Shown piece by piece: positions 30,566-40,958 of a DNA stretch of 64,000 nucleotides. The notes beneath the pieces were generated by a model. It worked only from the letters and a program-made list of their open reading frames with translations. It ran no database searches and had not been told where the DNA came from. The DNA comes from a virus (lineage: Duplodnaviria > Caudoviricetes). The first letter of the stretch is position 1. Each line of letters starts with the position of its first letter. Made by a program: the position numbers and the translations under genes. The stretch covers positions 1-64,000 of the IMG/VR virus record IMGVR_UViG_3300032237_000764; one strand, written 5' to 3'.

Positions 30566-30847
30566 TATTGTTGCAATATGATAATTTTGGTTATAATAAA
30601 ATTCAATAGTATTATCCTGTATTTTTGAAAATATAATGTCTTTTTTTGTAGTTAATGTAGTTGATACCGCATGCATGTATTGTTGATTGCATATTTCATG
30701 CTTTTGTGATTTCTGTGCTTTTTTACAACTACAAAACAGATTATATTGAAGAACGCATGCAACAAACTCTACAACGGTAGAATCTAGATTATCTAATTGG
30801 TTATCTACCAAAAATGTTTTAAATTCTCCAATATTATTTATTCTCAT
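30554..30847 (-). CDS. Hypothetical protein
   Basis: 97 aa ORF with CSCKK. Confidence 0.55.
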   Translation of the reverse strand: MRINNIGEFKTFLVDNQLDNLDSTVVEFVACVLQYNLFCSCKKAQKSQKHEICNQQYMHAVSTTLTTKKDIIFSKIQDNTIEFYYNQNYHIATISRQ

Positions 30848-31181
30848 ATCCAGTCAATTTATTATATAGTTCGTATAAATACAAGCTACATATAAATAGC
30901 ATCGGATAATAAATAAATAATAATTGTGTAAAAATTCCCACAATAATTGATAACCATACGGATGTACAAATTGGACATGTGATCAGTCTAGTGAAAAAAT
31001 TATTATAGTTTATTAGCAAGAATGTATGATATGATAGCGTACAATCACGTTTTTTAGCAAATAAATATTCTTTTACTTTTACTAGCGGCAAATGCAACAA
31101 GCGCGAATATTCTACAAATGCTTCGGTATTAAACCATATAATTAAAATAGAGACAATTAAAAATAAGTTTTCGATAAACAT
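30834..31181 (-). CDS. Hypothetical membrane protein (DUF1360-like CxxC)
   Basis: Hydrophobic segments; LITCPICTSVW. Confidence 0.6.
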   Translation of the reverse strand: MFIENLFLIVSILIIWFNTEAFVEYSRLLHLPLVKVKEYLFAKKRDCTLSYHTFLLINYNNFFTRLITCPICTSVWLSIIVGIFTQLLFIYYPMLFICSLYLYELYNKLTGYENK

Positions 31182-31198
31182 GTATATACGTATATACA
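31181..31198. promoter_or_regulatory. Perfect 18-bp palindrome between divergent genes
   Basis: TGTATATACGTATATACA; related palindrome at 57317-57332. Confidence 0.55.
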
Positions 31199-31225
31199 GA
31201 AAAATTTTAAAAATATTTATAATTT

Positions 31226-32065
31226 ATGAAGGGAATAATTTTATCAGGCGGCACAGGTAGCAGATTGTATCCATTAACAAATGCAGTGAACAAACAATTA
31301 TTACCAGTATATGATAAGCCGATGATTTATTATCCAATATCTACAATGATTAGTTGTGGCGTTAAACAATTTTGTATTATATCGTGTCCTGAATATTTAC
31401 CAATCTATGAAAAGTTGTTTGGAAACGGACATCATTTGGGATTGGACATTGTTTATAAAATTCAATACACGCCAAATGGTATTGCCGAGTCGTTTATATT
31501 GGCTGAAGATTTTATAGGAAATGATTCAGTATCATTGATTTTGGGTGATAATATTTTTCATGGCATGGCTAATATGAAACGTGATTTACGCGGCGGCGTC
31601 GTATTTGCATACGAAGTGAACAATCCTAGTGATTATGCGGTGGTAACATTTGATGAAAATGGATTGGCGTTGAACATAGAAGAAAAACCTCAAAATCCAC
31701 GCAGCAAATATGCTGTTCCGGGTTTATATTTTTTTGACAATAAAGTGGTTGGATATGCAAAACAACTCAAGCCATCTAAACGAGGTGAATTGGAAATAAC
31801 AGATATCATGAATATTTATTTAAAAAATAAAGAATTGGATGTTGTAAAATTTCCAAGAGGCACTGTATGGTTGGATGCTGGATTGCCAGATAATTTATTT
31901 CAAAGTGCCGCTTATGTTAAAACTATTCAAGATCGCCAAGGAATCCGTATCGGATGTATTGAAGAAGAGTGTTATAAAAGAAATTTTATTGACAAGGTAC
32001 AATTACAAAAAATTATTGATAAATTACCAAACAGCGAGTATAAAAATTATTTAAAAAATATATGA
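31226..32065 (+). CDS. rmlA: Glucose-1-phosphate thymidylyltransferase
   Basis: GIILSGGTGSRLYPLT, KQLLPVYDKPMIYYP, LGDN, EEKP, RGELEITD, WLDAG. Confidence 0.95.
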   Translation: MKGIILSGGTGSRLYPLTNAVNKQLLPVYDKPMIYYPISTMISCGVKQFCIISCPEYLPIYEKLFGNGHHLGLDIVYKIQYTPNGIAESFILAEDFIGNDSVSLILGDNIFHGMANMKRDLRGGVVFAYEVNNPSDYAVVTFDENGLALNIEEKPQNPRSKYAVPGLYFFDNKVVGYAKQLKPSKRGELEITDIMNIYLKNKELDVVKFPRGTVWLDAGLPDNLFQSAAYVKTIQDRQGIRIGCIEEECYKRNFIDKVQLQKIIDKLPNSEYKNYLKNI

Positions 32066-32928
32066 TAATATTATTTGGATCGAATGGTTATATTGGAAGT
32101 GAATTTGCAACACAATTAAAACAATTAAATGTTAATGTTATTCATTGGAAGAACACAAAAAATACAACATTTAATGATTTACAATGCTGGTATCATTCAA
32201 ATGGATGTCCTAAAATTGAAGCCGTAATAAACGCCGCCGGGTATACTGGAAAACCTAACGTAGATTCGTGTGAAATTGAAAAAACAACAACTATACATGG
32301 AAATATTATATGGACTCAAATATTAACTAATTGGTGTATGTTAAATAATATTTTAATTACACATATATCAAGTGGATGTATTTATAATGGAAAAAAAGAC
32401 GACGGTAGTGGATTTTCGGAACAAGACGAGCCGAATTTTACATGGAAACAAAATAATTGTAGTTTTTATAGTGGATCCAAGGTTGTTGGTGAGAATATAA
32501 TTTCTCAATGGAGTAAACATTATATTTGTAGATTGAGAATTCCATTCGAAGAAAATCATAATAATAGAAACTATTTAAGTAAATTACTTAATTATAATCA
32601 ATTATTAAATGCTGAAAATTCAATATCAAATAAAAATGAATTTGTAAATGCGGTGATACAAATGATACGTAATCATGTTCCTTTCGGTATATATAATATC
32701 ACCAATACAGGCCATATCACAACTGAAGAAATAGTTAAAAAATTAAAAAAAACAATAGCAAAAAACAAACAATTTAACTTTATTACTGAAAAAGAATTTT
32801 ATTCTAACTTTGCAATAGCACCACGGTCAAATTGTATAATTAATAACAGCAAATTATTATCACTGGGTATTAAAATGAGACCTGTTGACGAAGCGATAGA
32901 TTATTGTTTGACAAACTGGAAATATTAA
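32062..32928 (+). CDS. NDP-4-keto-6-deoxyglucose 3,5-epimerase/4-reductase (NRS/ER- or RmlD-like)
   Basis: GSNGYIG, AAGYTGKPNVDSCE, SSGCIY, SFYSGSK, RLRIP, PRSN. Confidence 0.8.
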   Translation: MIILFGSNGYIGSEFATQLKQLNVNVIHWKNTKNTTFNDLQCWYHSNGCPKIEAVINAAGYTGKPNVDSCEIEKTTTIHGNIIWTQILTNWCMLNNILITHISSGCIYNGKKDDGSGFSEQDEPNFTWKQNNCSFYSGSKVVGENIISQWSKHYICRLRIPFEENHNNRNYLSKLLNYNQLLNAENSISNKNEFVNAVIQMIRNHVPFGIYNITNTGHITTEEIVKKLKKTIAKNKQFNFITEKEFYSNFAIAPRSNCIINNSKLLSLGIKMRPVDEAIDYCLTNWKY

Positions 32929-32950
32929 ACTTATTATACTAATAAAAATA

Positions 32951-32979
32951 TTGACAATTAAGATATCTAGCGTTAGAGT
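32951..32979 (+). promoter_or_regulatory. Sigma70-like promoter
   Basis: TTGACA-17-TAGAGT upstream of rfbH. Confidence 0.55.
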
Positions 32980-32991
32980 AAGAAATTTATT

Positions 32992-34293
32992 ATGAATAAT
33001 CGAAAAGAATTGATACAAACATTTATTAATCAAATTAAAGAACAACAATTTGTTCCAGAGTTCTGTCACAACCTAAAACAATCAAAAAATAAAGTTTATT
33101 ATTCAGGACCATCATTTACTGACGATGAGTTAATAGAAGCAATTGATTCATTGCTTTTTGGTAAATGGTTTAGTAGTGGAGAAAAGGTATATCGATTTGA
33201 AAGCGAATTTAGTAAGACTATTAATCAAAAATATTCTGTGATGGTAAACTCGGGAAGTTCTGCGAATTTAGTATTGATTGCCGCATTAAAAAAATACTTT
33301 AATTGGCAAGACAATGATGAAGTTTTAATTTCTGTCGTTGGATTTCCAACTACATTAAATCCATTAATCCAAAACAATCTAAAAGCAATATTTGTTGATA
33401 TTGAATTTGATACTTTAAATTTTAATTTGACTCAGTTGGAAAGCAAAATTACATCAAAAACCAAAGCAATTTTTATTTCTCCCGTATTAGGAAATCCTCC
33501 TGATCTGGATCGTATCATTGAAATTGCCAATAAATATAAGTTAAAAATTGTTTTAGATGGATGCGATAGTTATGGCAGTAGATGGAATAGTAAGCATTTG
33601 GCCGAATATGCAATTGCTTCCAGTTGCAGTTTTTATCCTGCGCATCACATCACCACTGGTGAAGGTGGTATGGTAAGTTCAAATATTGAAGAAATTGTCA
33701 AACTTGCTAGAACTTTTAGTTGGTGGGGACGTGATTGTTATTGTGTTGGCCCAGCAAATTTATTGAAAAATGGAAGTTGTAATTGTCGTTTCAGTAATTG
33801 GTTGAAAGATGTACCGTATGAAATTGATCATAAATATCTCTTTACCCAAATCGGATACAATTTAAAACCACTTGATTTGCAAGGTGGTATTGGACTGGCT
33901 CAATTAAAGAAGGCTGAATCATTTCATGAAGCACGGCGTGTTAATAAAGAAAAAATTCAGTCGATTCTATCGAATATAAAAACTTTAAAATTTCCAAGTC
34001 AAGATCAACGTGCCGAAGTTTCTTGGTTTGGTGTACCGATTATTTGCAGAACATATGTCGAAAAATCAAATTTTGTAAATTATTTGGAAATCAATGGAAT
34101 TCAAACTCGCAATTATTTTGCTGGTAACATTCTATTACATCCTGCATATCGTCATTTGGAAGATTGGAAAAACTATCCAAATGCAAATAGTGTGTTAGAA
34201 AAGGTTTTCTTTATTGGATGTGCTCCTACAATCACCGAAGATAATATTAAATATATTCAAGAAGTTATTGAAAAATACAAATATGAAAATTGA
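32992..34293 (+). CDS. rfbH: NDP-4-keto-6-deoxyglucose 3-dehydrase (RfbH/DdhC, DegT family)
   Basis: VNSGSSANL, SFYPAHHITTGEGG (His at the Lys position), WGRDCYC...C, DHKY, FAGNI. Confidence 0.88.
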   Translation: MNNRKELIQTFINQIKEQQFVPEFCHNLKQSKNKVYYSGPSFTDDELIEAIDSLLFGKWFSSGEKVYRFESEFSKTINQKYSVMVNSGSSANLVLIAALKKYFNWQDNDEVLISVVGFPTTLNPLIQNNLKAIFVDIEFDTLNFNLTQLESKITSKTKAIFISPVLGNPPDLDRIIEIANKYKLKIVLDGCDSYGSRWNSKHLAEYAIASSCSFYPAHHITTGEGGMVSSNIEEIVKLARTFSWWGRDCYCVGPANLLKNGSCNCRFSNWLKDVPYEIDHKYLFTQIGYNLKPLDLQGGIGLAQLKKAESFHEARRVNKEKIQSILSNIKTLKFPSQDQRAEVSWFGVPIICRTYVEKSNFVNYLEINGIQTRNYFAGNILLHPAYRHLEDWKNYPNANSVLEKVFFIGCAPTITEDNIKYIQEVIEKYKYEN

Positions 34294-35098
34294 TTTATTT
34301 GGTGGCACCGGGTTCATAGGCAGTAATTTTAAACGATTATATGATAGTGAATCTCATATTCATCATCGTGAAAATGACTATCCATTAGAAGAAAACGTGT
34401 TGTATATGATTAGCACAACACACAACTATAATGTATTTAGCGATTTACATAAAGACGTTGATACCAATTTAACCAAACTGTTAAAGGTATTAGCTAAATG
34501 TAAAGATAAAAATATCACATTTAACTTTGTAAGTAGTTGGTTTGTTTATGGAGAATGTGCATTACCTGCATCCGAATCGGATTGCTGTAAACCAAAAGGA
34601 TTTTATAGTATTACAAAAAAATGTGCTGAAGATTTATTAATTAGTTATTGTGAAACATTTAATATTAAATATAGAATCTTGCGTCTTTGTAATGTTTATG
34701 GAAAAACTGACGATGGCGTGTCCAAGCAAAAGAATGCGTTGCAATATTTAATAAATGAACTTAAATTAAATCGAGATATTAAATTATATTATAATGGTAA
34801 TTTTATTAGAGATTATATGCATGTTGATGATATTTGTCGTGCAATTCATCTATGTATCACTAAAGCTGATACAAATCAGATCATTAATATTGGCAGCGGT
34901 ATACCTCAGCGATTTAGAGACGTGATTGATTTTGTTATATGCGAAACAAAATCAACTAGCAATATTATTCCTGTTGATGCCGTAGAATTCCATAAACTTG
35001 TCCAAGTCAAAGATATGTATTTAAATACAGAAAAACTAACTCAATTAGGGTTTAAACAAGAAATTAATATTTATACCGGTATAAAACAATTGTTATGA
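34283..35098 (+). CDS. NAD-dependent epimerase/reductase
   Basis: GGTGFIG, SSWFVYG, YSITK, RLCNVYG, RDYMHVDD. Confidence 0.85.
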   Translation: MKIDLFGGTGFIGSNFKRLYDSESHIHHRENDYPLEENVLYMISTTHNYNVFSDLHKDVDTNLTKLLKVLAKCKDKNITFNFVSSWFVYGECALPASESDCCKPKGFYSITKKCAEDLLISYCETFNIKYRILRLCNVYGKTDDGVSKQKNALQYLINELKLNRDIKLYYNGNFIRDYMHVDDICRAIHLCITKADTNQIINIGSGIPQRFRDVIDFVICETKSTSNIIPVDAVEFHKLVQVKDMYLNTEKLTQLGFKQEINIYTGIKQLL

Positions 35099-36060
35099 TT
35101 AATATATTAGTTACAGGTGGATGTGGATTTATAGGTTCTCATTTTGTTGAAGAACTGTTAAAAAGTTCAAACATTGGATGTATTGTCAATATTGATAAAA
35201 TGACATATGCAGCAAATAAAACATTACCGTTTCAATCGAATGAACATTATTTTTATCATAAAATGAATATAAATTCTTCATGCATATTAGAAATTTTAAA
35301 AGAAAAAAACATCAATTATATTGTTCATTTTGCGGCTGAAAGTCATGTAGACAACAGTATTGCAGACAGTGATCCGTTTATTAAAACTAATATTAATGGA
35401 ACACACAGTTTGTTAAAAACTTCATTAAATTATATTAATAAAGGTGGCAATTTAATTAAATTTATACACGTATCCACTGATGAAGTGTATGGTAGTTTAA
35501 ATTTTGATGATATACCTTTTACAGTTAATAGTCCATATCGTCCTAACAGTCCTTATGCAGCGAGCAAGGCTGCAAGTGATTTGCTGGTTCGTAGTTATGT
35601 TCATACACATAAATTTCCAGCCATTATTACCAATTGTAGCAATAACTTTGGTCCTCGTCAATTTTCTGAAAAGCTAATACCACTCTGTATTAAAAAATTA
35701 AAAAATAAACAATCGATACCCTTATATGGTAATGGAAAAAACATTCGCGATTGGATATACGTAAAAGATCATGTAAATGCATTGATACAAGTATTATTGA
35801 ACGGTAAAGTCGGTAGTCAGTATTTAATCGGTGGCGATAAAGAAATTTCTAATTATGAGTTAGTTCATATTTTAGGATATGAATATACCAATCTTACCTT
35901 TACTAATATTGATTGGCCACTGTTTAACTTTGTAGAAGATCGTAAAGGACACGATTTGCGTTATGCAATTGATACAGTAGAATTTAAAAAAGAGTTTCCT
36001 GATTGGAAACTCTCTTGCTTTTATGATAGTATCAAAAACACAGTAAAAAGCTATATTTAA
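35095..36060 (+). CDS. rmlB: dTDP-glucose 4,6-dehydratase
   Basis: VTGGCGFIG, HFAAESHVD, STDEVYG, SPYAASK, NNFGP, RDWIYV, GHDLRY. Confidence 0.95.
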   Translation: MINILVTGGCGFIGSHFVEELLKSSNIGCIVNIDKMTYAANKTLPFQSNEHYFYHKMNINSSCILEILKEKNINYIVHFAAESHVDNSIADSDPFIKTNINGTHSLLKTSLNYINKGGNLIKFIHVSTDEVYGSLNFDDIPFTVNSPYRPNSPYAASKAASDLLVRSYVHTHKFPAIITNCSNNFGPRQFSEKLIPLCIKKLKNKQSIPLYGNGKNIRDWIYVKDHVNALIQVLLNGKVGSQYLIGGDKEISNYELVHILGYEYTNLTFTNIDWPLFNFVEDRKGHDLRYAIDTVEFKKEFPDWKLSCFYDSIKNTVKSYI

Positions 36061-37208
36061 TTTTTAACTATTATTAAATTTTTTTCGTATGTTTTTAAAG
36101 ATTTAATTGTAAATTTAAATATATCAAATTCCATATTTCCAATTTCTCCAGAATCTTTTAAAATTTTAGAAAGATTATAAATAATTTGTATATTATTATT
36201 ATTCAACATATTTCCGTCAAATTCAATTAATATATTATTTATCTTTTCATCATTTAAAGTTTTTACTCTGTTTTTTAAATTAAACGACGTGAGGTGTTGA
36301 TTATTATTAATATAATTTTTAATATCACAATCTACATATATATTTGAACACCAGTATTCTAATATATTCAATAGCTGCGGATTACAATTATTAATAATTA
36401 ATCCGATATCATACTTTGAATTTATGATAGGATAGCTGTATTCATCATTTTCTATCCAAGATCCCCATTTTCTAATATAATTTTTATAATTTTTATCACA
36501 ACATTTTTTATAAAAATCATCATCTTTTTGTATTTTTTCTGTCCATCGATGTCCTCTACATGTCAAGTGATATACAAATGAATCTCGACTTTGAATTATA
36601 TTATAATCATTTAAAATAAATCTTTGAAATATATCACTGTCTTCATATGGAAATGGCGCAAACATTAAATCATGACCGCCAATTTCAATAAAGTCTTTTT
36701 TATACATAACCCAAGGTGCAAAAATTCCTTTGGTTGTAGTGTCGCATGACGATTTTTGTTCTGATATACAAAAGTCTTCAAATTCTTGTATTTTTAAATC
36801 ATCATGCTCCAATCCAAAATTTTTAATAATTTTTTCTTTTCCGGCAGGATGTAAAGGGGGTTCTATACGAGTAGCAGAAACCACAGTTTTATCTTTTAGA
36901 TGTTTCAATAAATTTTCTACATAATATGGACCGCATATCATATCTGCATGAAATATTGAAAAAATATCATGCTTACACATTTCAACTCCAATGTTATATA
37001 AAACTGTGTGTCCCACCGAACCGTTTTTATTAAAATATTTTGTCAAATTATTGTCTGACAGGTTACTTAACCAATCTACAGTACCGTCGGTTGAACAGTC
37101 ATCTAAAACTATAATTTCATGACTTTTATAATATTTTCTGATACTAGTATATGCATTTTTTAAATATTTTATATTATTTTTAGATGGTATTATAAAACTG
37201 ATATTCAT
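36057..37208 (-). CDS. Glycosyltransferase family 2
   Basis: ISFIIP, IIVLDDCSTDGT, HAD, GGHD, EDSD. Confidence 0.85.
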   Translation of the reverse strand: MNISFIIPSKNNIKYLKNAYTSIRKYYKSHEIIVLDDCSTDGTVDWLSNLSDNNLTKYFNKNGSVGHTVLYNIGVEMCKHDIFSIFHADMICGPYYVENLLKHLKDKTVVSATRIEPPLHPAGKEKIIKNFGLEHDDLKIQEFEDFCISEQKSSCDTTTKGIFAPWVMYKKDFIEIGGHDLMFAPFPYEDSDIFQRFILNDYNIIQSRDSFVYHLTCRGHRWTEKIQKDDDFYKKCCDKNYKNYIRKWGSWIENDEYSYPIINSKYDIGLIINNCNPQLLNILEYWCSNIYVDCDIKNYINNNQHLTSFNLKNRVKTLNDEKINNILIEFDGNMLNNNNIQIIYNLSKILKDSGEIGNMEFDIFKFTIKSLKTYEKNLIIVKN

Positions 37209-37212
37209 AATT

Positions 37213-38067
37213 TTATTTTGGCAAACATAATAAATTTACAAGTTCTCCCGAAATAGTGTCATTTATACTATTTATTTTTTTCATTTTATTTGGATTTCCA
37301 AAACCAGAATTGTCGCGCCCTATGTCATAGATATCATAATTGATCGAATGTATCGTATGCAGGAGATCATTTACTTCTGAGGGTGTAGAGCCTGAATAAA
37401 GTTCCGCCATTAAAATTGGTTTAACTGTGTTAATAATTGAATATATAGTTTTAATTATTTCTTTATCATGACCTTCCGCATCAATTTTAATTAATTTAAT
37501 ATTTGAAATATCATCTTTATGATTTTCATTTAAGAAATTATTTAAATTAACAGCGTATACATCTATTGGTTTGACATGTCCGGTTACACCCACTCCTTTT
37601 TCACATCCTAATGCAAACCCACCATTACAAAGACCATCATCGGAATAATGAAATTCTAAAACTTCATTATTATGTGAACATGCTAAGTTATACGGTACAA
37701 TATTTTTGTAAATTTCACCATTTTTATTTAAAATTTCAAATGCTGCTGGATTTGGTTCAAATGATATAACTTTTCCTGCAAATTTTGCAAATGCCACTGA
37801 TAATATCCCCGCTTGCGCACCTATATCTAATACTACACTATTTTTTAATAGTGTTTGATTTAAATAATCTAAAATGTTATTGGTAAACATTTCGGTATAT
37901 TCCCAATCTCCTTGATATGGATGCGTCCATTTATAATAATCAATATTATATTTATTGTTTGGTGTAGAATATGTTACTAGTTTCGGCTCATAACGATTTT
38001 TATTTTTAGATAAAATATCTAAAAATTCTTTTCTATATTCATCTGTATGTTCTATTATTTTATTCAT
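37213..38067 (-). CDS. FkbM-family methyltransferase
   Basis: VLDIGAQAG, SFEPNP, LIKIDAEG. Confidence 0.88.
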   Translation of the reverse strand: MNKIIEHTDEYRKEFLDILSKNKNRYEPKLVTYSTPNNKYNIDYYKWTHPYQGDWEYTEMFTNNILDYLNQTLLKNSVVLDIGAQAGILSVAFAKFAGKVISFEPNPAAFEILNKNGEIYKNIVPYNLACSHNNEVLEFHYSDDGLCNGGFALGCEKGVGVTGHVKPIDVYAVNLNNFLNENHKDDISNIKLIKIDAEGHDKEIIKTIYSIINTVKPILMAELYSGSTPSEVNDLLHTIHSINYDIYDIGRDNSGFGNPNKMKKINSINDTISGELVNLLCLPK

Positions 38068-38942
38068 ATTCTATTATTAAATTTTAAAATTTCTTCGTCG
38101 AAATATTTCTCTGCGTTTGTTCTAAACTCTTTTTGTCGGTTTATTAAACTCAAATAATTTTTATAAATATTATTTCTGTATTTATTATTTTCAGTAACTA
38201 TTATATTTTCTAAAACATATTGACTAATATCATATTTTTTATTTTTCATTAATTGACAACAGATCATTACAAAATAGTCATCTAGACCATATGGTCCAAA
38301 TGAGTCTGGTATATCAATCAATTTTATTAATTTTGATGATAATAGATTAAACCATCCGCCTCCAAATTTAAATTCATTTATTTTTTTTAATTGAATTGAA
38401 TCTTCATTATGTTTACTCATCAATTGATATGGATCGGTTGAATTATAATCTGATAGACTAGGATGTTTATTTACATAATTTTTATTCGTAATCACATCCC
38501 ATGTATTATCCCACAACTTTATTATTTCTGGTGAAATAATATAATATTCGGAATCTACAAAACTTGCGCCTGAAATAATGTATTTAAGAGTCTCATGTTT
38601 AAAGATTAAATCTGAATCTAAATAAAGAATATTGTCTGCGGTTGTATTTCTGACACAATCTCGTCGACTGTCATTACAACCAACAAAAATATTTTTATCA
38701 TCTATCTTTACTATTTTTTCACACCAATCCCATAATAATAATATATTATTAAATTTTTCTATAAAAAATTCTTTTGGTATTATTGATTTTTCCCAAACTA
38801 CTAAATTTAAATTTAGTGTTACATCAAGTATTATTTTATCTGATTTTTCTAAAAAATTACTACCTATCTTAATTTGTTTGGATTGCCAATCAAACCAATC
38901 TAATTCATAAGGCATTAGGTGTACAACTATTTGAGTATTCAT
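38064..38942 (-). CDS. Putative GT-A fold glycosyltransferase
   Basis: YLDSD (DxD), PYGLDD; island context. Confidence 0.55.
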   Translation of the reverse strand: MNTQIVVHLMPYELDWFDWQSKQIKIGSNFLEKSDKIILDVTLNLNLVVWEKSIIPKEFFIEKFNNILLLWDWCEKIVKIDDKNIFVGCNDSRRDCVRNTTADNILYLDSDLIFKHETLKYIISGASFVDSEYYIISPEIIKLWDNTWDVITNKNYVNKHPSLSDYNSTDPYQLMSKHNEDSIQLKKINEFKFGGGWFNLLSSKLIKLIDIPDSFGPYGLDDYFVMICCQLMKNKKYDISQYVLENIIVTENNKYRNNIYKNYLSLINRQKEFRTNAEKYFDEEILKFNNRI

Positions 38943-39895
38943 TTTGGTATTATAGTAGCAACATCAGGCCATTTTCCATATTTTTGGACGACTTTACTTT
39001 TATAGAAATCGTTTTTTCTATCATATTCTTGAAATTCTTTAATACATTCTTCGTATGAAAAGAAATTGCCTTCTCTATCCATATAAGTATATGTTGGATA
39101 TATGTTATATCCCATATTCCAATAACCATCGCTTACGTTATGTCTGAGCATGTATTTTGGAGCAATAATAGTCTTTAGAGTTTCACTTGTCAATGATGGA
39201 ATTAAAGAAAAACTAGAATTTGATGCAATCAAATACTTTGCATTTTTGATAATGGCATAATCTTCGCCTATACCAAAATGATAAATATTCTCACTTAATT
39301 CTGGTAATAATTGTCGAGTTGAATTTACATCTTCGGTAATGACTAAAAAATTCATGTTCGGATTTATTTTTAACATATAATTTATAGCATTTAACCAATA
39401 TGTTCTTGGTAAATAAATCCAAGGATCAAAATTAGCTCTTACATTTATTATACAAATATCATCTTTACTAAAATTTTTATTATCATATTCTGGTTTTAAT
39501 TTCAGCCACTGTTTAATTTTATCTATGTGATGATAAAAGTAATCCGGACCCTGCATATATCCTAATATATGACTGTTATCAGGTATATTTTTTAAAATAG
39601 GATCTGTTATCCAAACACCACATCCTTCGTTATAATCTTGATAATTATTTTGAGTAAAGTATCTATATTCCTTTTCCATATAGTAATTTTGTATTTTACT
39701 TTCATCGACTTTTCCTCCCATGTCTAAATCGATAAAATACATTCCTTTAGTATTATATCTTTTATCTCCTAAACAATTGTTTGGATCATGAATACCAAAT
39801 TCACAACCTCTATCCAAAGCAATCGCTCTGGTTGAAATATAACAAAATAATTGGTTTCCCAATCCTTGACCATATAGCATTTCTGTTGATATCAT
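38939..39895 (-). CDS. GT11-like glycosyltransferase
   Basis: GQGLGNQLF, GYMQ, INVR, IASNSSFS, IIAPK. Confidence 0.75.
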   Translation of the reverse strand: MISTEMLYGQGLGNQLFCYISTRAIALDRGCEFGIHDPNNCLGDKRYNTKGMYFIDLDMGGKVDESKIQNYYMEKEYRYFTQNNYQDYNEGCGVWITDPILKNIPDNSHILGYMQGPDYFYHHIDKIKQWLKLKPEYDNKNFSKDDICIINVRANFDPWIYLPRTYWLNAINYMLKINPNMNFLVITEDVNSTRQLLPELSENIYHFGIGEDYAIIKNAKYLIASNSSFSLIPSLTSETLKTIIAPKYMLRHNVSDGYWNMGYNIYPTYTYMDREGNFFSYEECIKEFQEYDRKNDFYKSKVVQKYGKWPDVATIIPK

Positions 39896-39936
39896 AAATT
39901 TAATTTTTTATTAAAAATACTATTCCGAATGACAAA

Positions 39937-40860
39937 TTATTTAATCATATGTTTATATTTATCTAAATTATTAATTAAATACGATGGATACGTATCATCA
40001 ATTTTTACTTTTGTCAATCTATCTCCATTAAAAATTACATCTTTTAAATTATTAAAATTATATTCTATTTTTGATAGCAATTTTTCATTGTCAAATGATT
40101 GACAATCTCCAGATGATAATTTTGTTTTTATTGAGTCTACACCACCCATATAACTAAAATGCCATCCTCCATTCAGTATATCATTATTTGGCTGTGCTCT
40201 TAATTCATTATAAGAATAATTTTTTAATTTTTTATAACTTCCCATTCTAGAACCTTTCCAATTAGAGGATTTAATACCAGTATAGGGTTCTGCGCCGGGA
40301 TAATCATGAATAACATTATTAATATGCGATTCTCTTAATACATTTAAATAATAATAATAACAGGTTTGATTGAACGAATAAAATTCATTTTCATCATAAA
40401 ACTCCGAAAGTCTTGTTAATATTTTCGGATTAGGAATTTCATCACAGTCAGATGATATTATCACGTCATCGTCTTCACAATTTTCCATACATCTTCTTAT
40501 AGATTCCTTGATAAAAAAACTTCTACCAAATCTTGGTTCTGTGAATCTATTAAAACGTTCTGACGACTTAATAAATGAAAATATTTGATTCAAACAAATA
40601 TTATCAAAAGAAGTTTCTTCATAATGTGGTAAATTAATAAATTCATCTGGAAGATCATTTATAACTTTATGAATTATTTTGGGCAAAAATTTAGAAAATC
40701 TATCTTTATTTTTTAGAAATAAAGATTCTTTCTTTTCTCCTGACATTGTTTTTGTCCCCTCAATTAATATAAAATGGTCAACAACTGAATTTAAAATATT
40801 AAGTCTGATTTCTAAAACATCTAATTCGTTAAAAAATGTAAAGCAGTCATAAATTTTCAT
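39937..40860 (-). CDS. GT17-like glycosyltransferase
   Basis: YDCFTFFNELDVLEIRL, SDCDEIP, GGWHFSY. Confidence 0.85.
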   Translation of the reverse strand: MKIYDCFTFFNELDVLEIRLNILNSVVDHFILIEGTKTMSGEKKESLFLKNKDRFSKFLPKIIHKVINDLPDEFINLPHYEETSFDNICLNQIFSFIKSSERFNRFTEPRFGRSFFIKESIRRCMENCEDDDVIISSDCDEIPNPKILTRLSEFYDENEFYSFNQTCYYYYLNVLRESHINNVIHDYPGAEPYTGIKSSNWKGSRMGSYKKLKNYSYNELRAQPNNDILNGGWHFSYMGGVDSIKTKLSSGDCQSFDNEKLLSKIEYNFNNLKDVIFNGDRLTKVKIDDTYPSYLINNLDKYKHMIK

Positions 40861-40958
40861 CTAGATTACATATAGTCTTTAGGACGAATTAAATTTTTAT
40901 ATTTTACAATGTATTTATTATATTCGACTCGCTTATATGTATATGATATCATAGTATT

